A stretch of DNA of 64,000 bases. It comes from Macrostomum lignano (taxonomy: Eukaryota). A program made the translations under genes and the position numbers. Position 1 is the stretch's first letter. The number at the start of each line of letters is the position of its first letter. The notes beneath the pieces are model-generated. The model did no database searches, had not been told where the DNA came from, and worked only from the letters and a program-made list of their open reading frames with translations. The stretch lies in NCBI GenBank assembly GCA_002269645.1, contig NIVC01002333.1, positions 21,065 to 85,064 on the forward strand, in the 5' to 3' direction. Positions 55,387 to 64,000 of this stretch are shown here, in pieces.

Positions 55387-55740
55387 CTAGTAGCTCTGGC
55401 TCAAGCCTGTTTGCTCGGAGCTGATTGGCTCTGCCAGGCTTTTATCACCATTGCTTTCGCCCTCTCGCCTCAAAACTTTTGTGAAGCTGGCTACCTAGTA
55501 AATGTCATTTTGATATTGATAAATAAATCAATAAACCGAGAAGACATACAAAGCTTCGTAACCGGCTCGCTTGTACATGAATGCAATACAATATAGAATT
55601 ATTATGCAAACATGAGCATATACCTCCTTGTCCTTTTCATCTCTATGGTACGAGATCAGTTGCTTTAGAATTCTCTCTATCGTTGGCAAATGAACAATTT
55701 CTTCACGCCCAAGCAAAAAACCATAACTTGGCTTAAGCTC
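55387..55740 (-). CDS. Candidate last two exons of an unidentified minus-strand gene
   Basis: Open frame ..LLGREEIVHLPTIERILKQLISYHRDEKDKE ends at a GTATAT donor (55624|55623); a 129-nt AT-rich intron and TTTACTAG acceptor lead in phase 0 to VASFTKVLRREGESNGDKSLAEPISSEQTGLSQSY* (55494-55387). 5' boundary unresolved. Confidence 0.35.
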
Positions 55741-55774
55741 TCATGCATGCATAAGAGGAATAAATAAGTAAAAA

Positions 55775-57088
55775 ATGTCCGGTAAAAAGTACACGGTCTT
55801 CTGCACCCCTGCCTTCGGTTTGTTCGGCAGCATAATCGACCTTGGCGTCGACCTGGCCCCAGCTCGCGATCGGATTCAAGCTTGCAAGCTGCGCTACCAC
55901 AAGGAATTGTGGAACATCATCTGCGATCAGGGTATTCAGGGTAGCGATAGTGGCGGCGGTGGTGGAGGCGATGGCGGCGGCGGCGGCGGCAGTGGCGGTG
56001 GCAACGGCGGCGGCGTCCGTGGCGGTGGCGGCAGCAGTGGCGGTGGTAACGGCGGCGGCGGCGGTGGTGGTATTGGCGGCGGCGGTGGCAGCGGCGAGGA
56101 GCAGCCAGCTGAGGAAGGCGACGATGAAAACCAGAGCAACGCCAGAAGCAGAAGATTTGGTACTTCAGCATCGAACTCTGGTGCAGTTTGCAAAGGCGGC
56201 AGCAACGCCAGATGGCGCAATCGCAAAAGCCAAGGAGTCCAACAGTGCAGCAGCCCAGTCCTGGCCTATTCGCAGACTTCGTCACCAAACTCAGCAACTC
56301 TAGCTGAGACGCTTCTGACTCAACAGGCGCAGATGATGATGCAACAAGGTGCAACGAGTTTGCGGAACCGGGGGCCAAACCAACGGTCGCAACAGCAGTC
56401 CGGTTACCAACCCCAGGCTGCAGGTCAGCAGCAGCAGTTTATTCCGCAAAAAATCCCCCCGCCAGGTCCTCCAAACGCAATGCAAGCGCAACAGCTGCTG
56501 TATCCTGAAGCTCAGGTGCAGCCTCCTCTGCACCGTCTGCCCCATTCCAAGCATCCACGACCGGCTAAATCGCGACACAAGCCACAACAGTTGCATCAGC
56601 AATTTGAGCCGCAGTCTTATGCAGAGAAGCAGAAACCTCACATTCAACGGCAATACTATCCACCGGTCAATATCCAAAGTAATTTTCTTCTTCAACAACA
56701 ACAGCGAGATTTCCTATCTCAGCAGAAGTCGTATCTAGAGCCCAGGTCCGCCTATCCAATGCAGCGGTATTGTGCAGAAAACCCGTTCGAAGCAGGTACG
56801 CAGCAGTCGCATCCAGTCAATCCACGGCTGGCGTACCTGAGCCGGCGAATGTCTCACCTGCATGACTACAACTTGTCCAGCACATCCAGCAGCAGCAGCA
56901 GCAGCTGCTCCTCTCCGCACAGCACAACAGCTGTCGACGAATCACTGAAGAGCGAAGCAGGAAGTGCGCCGGCGCGGCGCCACATAGGTAGTCACTCTTT
57001 TGTTCCAATGAAGTGCGGCGACTGGAACAAATCTGCCACGTGCATAGCCAAGAAGAAGCGGCACAAGAACTCCGATACGGAACGGTAA
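55775..57088 (+). CDS. Intronless 437-aa protein of unknown function (paralog A): novel N-terminal domain, poly-Gly, Q/P-rich region, C-terminal FxPxxCGxW motif
   Basis: Uninterrupted ATG-to-stop ORF. Residues 7-54 are 28/48 identical, ungapped, to residues 17-64 of the ORF at 58357. Confidence 0.75.
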   Translation: MSGKKYTVFCTPAFGLFGSIIDLGVDLAPARDRIQACKLRYHKELWNIICDQGIQGSDSGGGGGGDGGGGGGSGGGNGGGVRGGGGSSGGGNGGGGGGGIGGGGGSGEEQPAEEGDDENQSNARSRRFGTSASNSGAVCKGGSNARWRNRKSQGVQQCSSPVLAYSQTSSPNSATLAETLLTQQAQMMMQQGATSLRNRGPNQRSQQQSGYQPQAAGQQQQFIPQKIPPPGPPNAMQAQQLLYPEAQVQPPLHRLPHSKHPRPAKSRHKPQQLHQQFEPQSYAEKQKPHIQRQYYPPVNIQSNFLLQQQQRDFLSQQKSYLEPRSAYPMQRYCAENPFEAGTQQSHPVNPRLAYLSRRMSHLHDYNLSSTSSSSSSSCSSPHSTTAVDESLKSEAGSAPARRHIGSHSFVPMKCGDWNKSATCIAKKKRHKNSDTER

Positions 57089-57522
57089 CGAACTCGTCAG
57101 TAAGCTACTCAACACTGTCCAGGCTAACTACATACAAATATTTCATGGCTAATTTTTTGAACAACGCAACAATTCGAGTTTGTGTCGGTTTTAAATATCC
57201 TCCTACGCAACTAAACGTATGTTAATAATTTTTTATTTTTAAAGCCCCTCCGTATGCTGTCTAATTAAATGCCTGTACAATAGAAGTGTAATAACCTTCC
57301 TCGGTACCAATCGAATGAGAAAGGTTGACCCGTATTCTGCAGCCTATACTCAAGTACAAGGCATGAATAATTGTCAATGCAGTCCACTTCTTTACGTTTA
57401 TACAATTGGCATTAACGAATTATTAGAATGAGCAAGAACAATATGATTCATTGAGAAGAGTAGAACTGGGCCAAAGGTTGTACAGTACGCTCGTATTCGT
57501 CATTTTTTGCAATTGACGGATT

Positions 57523-58090
57523 TTACTTTGCATTCGCAACTGAAACTTGAAAAAGCACACGCGTGTACATATGGTCCCATACTATTTTCAGTCCGACAGC
57601 CAAGCAGCCCTTCAGGCTCTCTGCCATAGTACTACCAGCTCCAAATCTGTCCTGGACTGCAACGCCCAGCTCAATGGGCTCGCGCTGGGCAATGAGGTGC
57701 AGCTCAAATAGATCCCGGACCTGCTCCGCCAGCGCGCTTCTCAGGCCGGGCCCAGAGGCCCCATCCCCATCTCGGTGATCAAATCCCAATTGCAGACAAT
57801 CCCTCGCTGCCGTCCCCTGTCGCCTTTGGCTCAACCCGCAGGGATCTTAGAGCAGTCAGCATGGCGCGTGGCCCTCCCGGCCATGGCTGCTTTGCTTGCC
57901 ACCGTTTCCTTTAGGACCAGGTACCTGAGGAGCGGTGCCCCTTTTTGTCGCGCAGGCAGTGAAAACCATGAGCACTTTATCTGCCCCTGCCCAGTCTTCA
58001 GGCTCACTCACCTCGGGCCAAAACCGGTTCTCCCCGACGTTTGCAAGCCCGAGAGCATACCGCTGCTTGCCCGGCCCTTATAGGTGGACC
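57523..58090 (-). CDS. GC-rich coding-like island, possible exon(s) of an unidentified gene
   Basis: Open frame 57845-57523 (LRSALAEQVRDLFELHLIAQREPIEL..LKIVWDHMYTRVLF); possible upstream exon 58090-58012 with TGTAG acceptor and GTGAGT donor. No family recognised. Confidence 0.25.
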
Positions 58091-58356
58091 CTACAGTATA
58101 ATTAGCGGCACATGATTCCCCGTTCAAAGTTTTGTTTTTGTACTCGTCGGACGCGTTTCCACCGAGCCACTGTATCCTGCTTCCGATTTGAGTATAAGCT
58201 ATTTTTAACCCAAGATATTACTACTAATGTCCCCATAGTTTGGCTGTCTATGGCAGTTTAAAATGCACATCGAATGCAAAATCCTTCAAGAGGTTTTATT
58301 TAAAATCTTTTGATATTAAGGAGCATCCATGATTTTTAATTGAACAAGGACTCAAA

Positions 58357-59745
58357 ATGAACCGATTTACGCAGAGAAGTCTAAGGATGCCTGACGAAAA
58401 CGACACGACTTTCTGCGCGCCCACACCGGCCGTGCTCGGTTCAGTCATAGACCTTGGCATCGACCTGGAGCCATTGCGATCCCAAATCAACGAATGCAAG
58501 CTGCAATACCGCAGAGAGCTGTGGAAAATCATCTGCGATCGGGGCATCGGAGCAGTTCACGAAGCCGACCCGGGTGGCGAGGGCTACATCGAGGTCTATG
58601 GTGGTGACGATGGTGGCGAGGAAGAACCTGTTGAGAGTGGCGAAGATACTCCTCTTGTCAATGACATCGATGGAGGCGACGGCGGTGGCGTTGATGGCGG
58701 CCGCAGTGGCGAAAGTATCAAAATGACTAACATTGATGGTGGAGGTGGCGAAGGTGGCGAAGGCGGCGAAGGCGGCGGTGGTGGTGAAAGTTTCCGAATG
58801 AGCACCATCAGTAAGATTGAGCGCAAGCTCAAGGCCGACACCGATGGGCAGCTGTTTGATTGGGGCTTTGAAGGCATATTTAATGATAACATTGATGAAC
58901 TAAACCAAAGCAACGCATGGGGAATTAGCGACAACGAAGATTCGAGTTCGTGCGAGGCAAGCGACAACGATTTCTGCGTCAGCCGTCGAGTTCTGGACAG
59001 CGCGACCTACGTTATCCCGCGGCGCTCATCGGAGCCAACAAATTCATCAGTTCCAACGGAGCAAAATCGAAATGAAGCGTTGCTTATTAGAGATAAACGG
59101 AAGAAGTATCTGGAAAAACTGCAGCGGCTGGAGCTAAATCAGAAAGTTCTGCAACAACTTCAACAAAACCAATCAAGGAAGAAAAGTCGGCAACAAAAGC
59201 AGATCCAGTTTGTTAAAAATAACCTGAATTTGCAGTACGAACAAGAGAGCAAGTTGCACCTGAAGATTTTGCAGCATCAAAAGCAGATCCAGCTGCTTCA
59301 GAAAAATATGCAACAGCTTCAGCAGAGCCAGTTACAACAGAGGAATCTGCAGCAAAAGCAACAGAGTCAGCTTGAAAAGCATTTGAAACAATTGCAGCAG
59401 AGCCAGTTGCATCAAAATAATCTGCAGCAAAAAAAGGAAATCAAGTTGCTTCAGAAGAACCTGCAACGACTCCAACAGAGCCAGCTTCATCAAAGGAATC
59501 TGGAGCAAAGACAGCAGATTGAGCTGCTTCAGAAGTATTTGCAACAACAAAGGCAAATCCAACTGCTTCAGGAGAATCTGCAGCAGCAACAGCAGGGTCG
59601 AATGATTCAGAAATATGTGTATGCTCAACCCCAGCAAAATGAACTGCTTCAGCCAAATCTCACACTTCAGAACAGCAATCTTCAGCCACTTCTGCAAGTT
59701 CAAACACATCAGGCCAATCTACAAAGACTCTATCAAGGTCACTAA
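58357..59745 (+). CDS. Intronless protein of unknown function (paralog B), open 462-aa portion; Gly/acidic then Q-rich
   Basis: ATG-initiated ORF sharing the N-terminal domain with 55775-57088. Coding-like sequence continues past the stop in shifted frames. Confidence 0.72.
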   Translation: MNRFTQRSLRMPDENDTTFCAPTPAVLGSVIDLGIDLEPLRSQINECKLQYRRELWKIICDRGIGAVHEADPGGEGYIEVYGGDDGGEEEPVESGEDTPLVNDIDGGDGGGVDGGRSGESIKMTNIDGGGGEGGEGGEGGGGGESFRMSTISKIERKLKADTDGQLFDWGFEGIFNDNIDELNQSNAWGISDNEDSSSCEASDNDFCVSRRVLDSATYVIPRRSSEPTNSSVPTEQNRNEALLIRDKRKKYLEKLQRLELNQKVLQQLQQNQSRKKSRQQKQIQFVKNNLNLQYEQESKLHLKILQHQKQIQLLQKNMQQLQQSQLQQRNLQQKQQSQLEKHLKQLQQSQLHQNNLQQKKEIKLLQKNLQRLQQSQLHQRNLEQRQQIELLQKYLQQQRQIQLLQENLQQQQQGRMIQKYVYAQPQQNELLQPNLTLQNSNLQPLLQVQTHQANLQRLYQGH

Positions 59746-60641
59746 ATAACCAAATTCTGCAACAGCCCGAGAAGAGTCAGGTCTATCAGGAAAGCTTGCA
59801 ACCCGAACAGAGTCATACATGTGTGCTTCAGCAAAACCTGCAACACCCTAAACAAAGTCAAATTCTTCAACAAACTTTCAACAGACGCAGAAAAGTCCTA
59901 TGTTTCAACAGAACGTACACCCAACTCAGCAGAATCTGGTTCTTCAACAGAACGGATATCCAACTCAACGAGTCCAGTGCTTCAACAGAACGGATATCCA
60001 ACTCAACAGAGTCCAGTGCTTCAACAGAACGAATATCCAACTCAACGGAGTCCAGTGCTTCAACAGAACGGATATCCAACTCAACAGAGTCCAGTGCTTC
60101 AACAGAACGAATATCCAACTCAACAGAGTCCAGTGCTGCAACAGAACGAATATCCAACTCAACAGAGTCCAGTGCTTCAACAGAACGAATATCCAACTCA
60201 ACGGAGTCCATTTCTTGAGCAGAATATGCATCAGACTCAGCAAAGTCAGCTACTTCAGGTGACTCTGCAAAATACCAACAATGGTGAAATTGCGCGGCAA
60301 AGTTTGCAAGAACCCGAGAAGATTATCGAATTAAACCATCCGAATTCCCACTGCAGCAGCAAGCTGTCGAAATGCAGTGCAATTCGAGCATAGTGCGGCC
60401 AGGCAAAGAACAGAGCCAGCATCGGCCACAGCATTCCACAAATTCAGATCGTCGAATTCACAAGAAAAAACTGTTCAGCGACGACTACAACGGCCAACGG
60501 AAAGCCCAGATGCCGTGCTGGCAGAAGACGTCGTCGCCAGTCGATTTGACAGCTTCCACCGGCAGGAACCGTTTCACTCCTCTCTACTGCGGCGGCTGGA
60601 CGTCCACTAGCTGTAGCGCCGCCAAGACAACAGCAAAGTAA
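59740..60641 (+). pseudogene. Frameshifted continuation of paralog B (assembly errors or pseudogenisation); repaired length about 760 aa
   Basis: Q-rich reading moves frame 1>3>2>1>3 (near 59742, 59875, 59968, 60340), each consistent with a 1-bp deletion, and ends in RFTPLYCGGW..C, matching SFVPMKCGDW..C at the end of paralog A. Confidence 0.6.
59940..60210 (+). repeat. 39-bp coding tandem repeat (LQQNGYPTQQSPV) x7 in paralog B
   Basis: Unit CTTCAACAGAACG(G/A)ATATCCAACTCAAC(A/G)GAGTCCAGTG; the first copy is 38 bp. Confidence 0.9.
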
Positions 60642-61150
60642 GCGCACAGAGCAGGAAAAGCTGCTGTGATTGCAATCGCAAAGTTCCAGCCGATCATTCT
60701 AGCAGTTATTGCATTTCAAATGAAATGTGTTTACAGCGTATTATTACTGTATTCTAGAAATTTGGCTATCGAGAAATAGTCAAAGTCATTTTGGATGTAT
60801 TACTTATCTACGACTAAATACGCATAATACTATAAAACCACGGTGTACATTAGGTATATTCGGCAGACGTGTTACATGTACATGTATACCATAGCCTGTG
60901 CATTAATCGACGACATTTTTTCTTAATGTTGTGCTCTGCTTGTATAGTATATTTCATATTAATTTTCACGGTTCTTCATCTTGCGATACACAGTATTGCA
61001 TATGCAATTACAATATATTATCGTAACACACAACCCCCCTTTGTATGCATCATACTTCTTATGCATACGCGAATTTTAAGTGTGACTCTAGAGCAATTCT
61101 TCAATTACGAGTACTTGTTTGGAAACATATTTGAGCACCCCTGGCGTAAG

Positions 61151-61510
61151 GGGGGGCGTAGCTCAGCGGTAGCGCAGCTGCTCTGGTGTGCCAGCGACCC
61201 AGGCTCGATTCCAAGTGCAGTCACATTAATTTGGGGCTGAATTGGAATCTCGGCTTGGCTCTGCTCGTGCAATTAACGGCCTTGAGAGCCAACCCCCAAG
61301 GCGCAGTGAAGTGTACATGCCTAACGATAATATAAAATTAGGGCCGCTGTACACTCCTGTGTGAGTGTGTGCCTGCGTACGTATCCGCGCGCTTGTATGC
61401 CTGCTCAGGGGAGTCGGCGGAATGGGCAGTAATGCCTCTCGCCGGTTGTGTGCCTATGTCGCTTAAAGTGCGCCAGGGTGCACACAACCCCCCCTGCCTC
61501 TAAAAAAAAA
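61151..61510 (+). mobile_element. tRNA-derived SINE, full length, with target-site duplication
   Basis: Pol III A box TAGCTCAGCGG (61159-61169), B box GGCTCGATTCC (61202-61212), A9 tail (61502-61510), flanking direct repeat ACCCCTGGCGTAAG at 61137-61150 and 61510-61523. Confidence 0.85.
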
Positions 61511-64000
61511 CCCCTGGCGTAAGTGTACAAATGAAGCACGGCATGTGGACTGCACCAGAAAGACTCAAGGACGAGAGGGAAATTTCCGAAATTATTAAAA
61601 TATACATGTAAAGCTATCTATGTAAGTGGAACTTAATTCATCACCCGATTAGCCTGATCTGAAACTCTCACTTCGACGCTTGAGAATCCACGATCAGCAG
61701 ACAAAGAAACAAAAAGAGACAAAGAATTTCCGGAAACACCGCAATACCCTTATAATAACACGTCTTTGGCTATCTGCATGTACATTTACAACTAGGTCGT
61801 GTGACGGGACTGTTTCCCCTGTCTTTAATAATCCTTAACTGCTGATACTAGAATTAAGAGCTAATTAAGAGCAGCTGCCTTTAATTTAATCTCTTTGATG
61901 CCACCAAAGTTGTTTAAGGGGAAAGTTCTACCCTCTAAATTAATAGTCTCACTATACTGTCACTAAGTTGTCGTAGGGTTAATTCTATACTTTCTTAGAA
62001 TCGGTCTGTGAATTATTCTTAGTATATATATGAGTAATTGTCTGAGTATCTGTCTGAGTATTGAGCTGAGATATATATTTGCGTATTCCTTTCTTCTTAC
62101 TGCGTAGCGTCTTCTCTCTGTACTGGTAGCGTTCTTACTTAGTTCTGGTAGCGTATTGCCTGAGCGGTATGTACATGTACATGTCTCTACTGGTATATGT
62201 ACTGCATGTATGATCTTTCCAGTTCTGGGCGCTCCCGAGATTAGATCAGGGTCACGGCCTCCGGTATTCTATAAGTCTGCTTTGAGATCTACTTCGTCTT
62301 TTAATTAATCAGTAGTATTTACAGGATACTTCACTCTCGGAAAATTATACTGTCGGAATCACTTCTTAATTATTTACTCGGAATTCGTAATAGATTTTCT
62401 CAACTAGCTAGTAAAGGCTGAAGGCTGTTTCGAAGCTCGAAACTAGTCGAGTTATCTTCTCCTCGCCCAAAATCGCGTCTATTTACTAAAATTTCAGTGC
62501 AGTTTGTTCAAAACAAAAATTAAATTGCAAAAATATTTTGAGAAATACGAGTACTTAAACAAAAAGTTTTTCTTTCAAATGCGCAGATTTAAAATGGCAT
62601 AGACAGTTAGATTTTCGAGTAAAAAAGAATAAAAAGAGGCATTACACAGTCGTAAATGTACATGAAGTAAAGTATTCGCGTACCCGTGCCTACGTCGCGA
62701 AATGAGATATCGTCGCTCTTGATTGATACATGAATACAATTGCATTTAACATTTTGGATACATTGGATATATTTTGGAATACATTTTGGAAGGATCAAAA
62801 ATGTAACCGTAGTAAAATTGAAAATATTGCCGATTCGAAATCGGCTCGGGAAATTTATATACTACTGAGCTCGAGCTAATTGGCTAATAGAATGCATGTA
62901 TTACAGTATTAATATATATATACATGTACTAGTACATCTAAGCTATAATGCTCTCAAGCAATAAAAAACGCGACGTTTGGAAAAAGCAATTAGGCTGCAG
63001 CGAGACCTCGATTGTATTGCATTATATTTCTTATTGTGAGGCATTTAAAATAAGGATAAAAGAAGAAAAAAAGAACTGCGCAAAAACACACTGCCTGCCA
63101 AGTGCCCAGCAGCGCGGTTGCAAGAATAAAATGCCCCCGCCGGCGGAGGGGTGGGTGTTCACCAAACCTACCCGAGCTGCCGTACACACGCGGCGGGGGC
63201 GTACAGAATGAGCGTGCTTGGTCACTATAAAAAGCCGGTTTGCTCAAGGCAAGCATAGCGCAAACCGCAGCTTTATATAGTAGAATATGTACCGTTTTTC
63301 TGAAAAGCTCATAGAAGAGATGACGATCTAGAACCACATGATCCAAGTTAAGATTTTTTATTTTACAGCCTATAATTTTCTGGGACTATGCACCCTATCC
63401 CACATTGAGAGGAAAAATGACAAGAATATGTTTGTAATATAAAGACGTGACCTACAATTCGTATTTGTACCAAATATCAAAAATAGCTGTGGTGAGTTTT
63501 AATTTAAAACATTTTCATAAGTTTTCGTACGTTTCTCCATTTTGAGGAGCCGGAAACGCATCATTTTCAAATTTATCTGATTCTTGACCCTAAATGAAAA
63601 CATAAGACGTTAACCTTTTTGCTTTTGAAAAAGATTCGAATAATCTTCTTTCACGAAGTGAAAATTGCGCACGGTTTTAAAGTCGGTTCTTTCAAAGAAA
63701 GTTAGATAAGAATTTTGGCAAAAAAGAAAACAAATGTAAAAAATTGCCTTATGCTCGTAGGGCGTAGGGCGTATACGCACTACATTCAAGTGTAGAAACA
63801 TGTTTTCTCACCTTTATTTCAATTTATAACTTGTGAGTTGAGCTGGGAGTTTTGAGATTGCATACTAGTGTACCTCATATTTTTTACGCTTATACCATAC
63901 CCATAGAAGAAGCAGATTAATCTAAAATGTGTATACTGTATATTAATATTTCAACAGTGATGTGATAAGATAAGAAATCGATTTTTTTCTAAAAGATATT

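Noticed and set aside
61151-61225. tRNA gene
   Set aside because: A and B boxes are present, but acceptor and anticodon stems do not pair; it continues into a body, A-tail and TSD, so it is a SINE head.

Overview
Repeat-rich animal genomic DNA with GC-rich exons and GT-AG introns. The style (minisatellite-filled introns, GTGAG donors) suggests a Macrostomum-like flatworm, but that is inference only. Four spliced host genes were reconstructed by hand with consistent exon phases: the 3' part of ACBD3/GCP60 (+, 4538-6691), SEL1L (+, 8578-23655, 10 exons, 930 aa), an orphan class A peptide-type GPCR (-, 31220-39127, 3 exons) and COPA (-, 45314-54047, 9 exons, 1241 aa). GPCR intron 1 holds a nested stack: a decayed Penelope-like fragment, a ~134-nt hairpin, an intact two-exon Crypton/DUF3504-type tyrosine recombinase, and a canonical minimal hammerhead ribozyme. 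At 55.8-60.6 kb are two tandem intronless paralogs sharing an unrecognised 48-aa N-terminal domain (28/48 identical) and a C-terminal FxPxxCGxW motif around Gly/Gln-rich linkers; the second is broken by four 1-bp deletions. Also present: ~70 tandem 16-mers each matching a perfect three-unit heat-shock element, a tRNA-derived SINE with a 14-bp target-site duplication, two ~2-kb CpG-free blocks, and about 30 tandem arrays. Most long ORFs in the supplied track are artefacts of these arrays.
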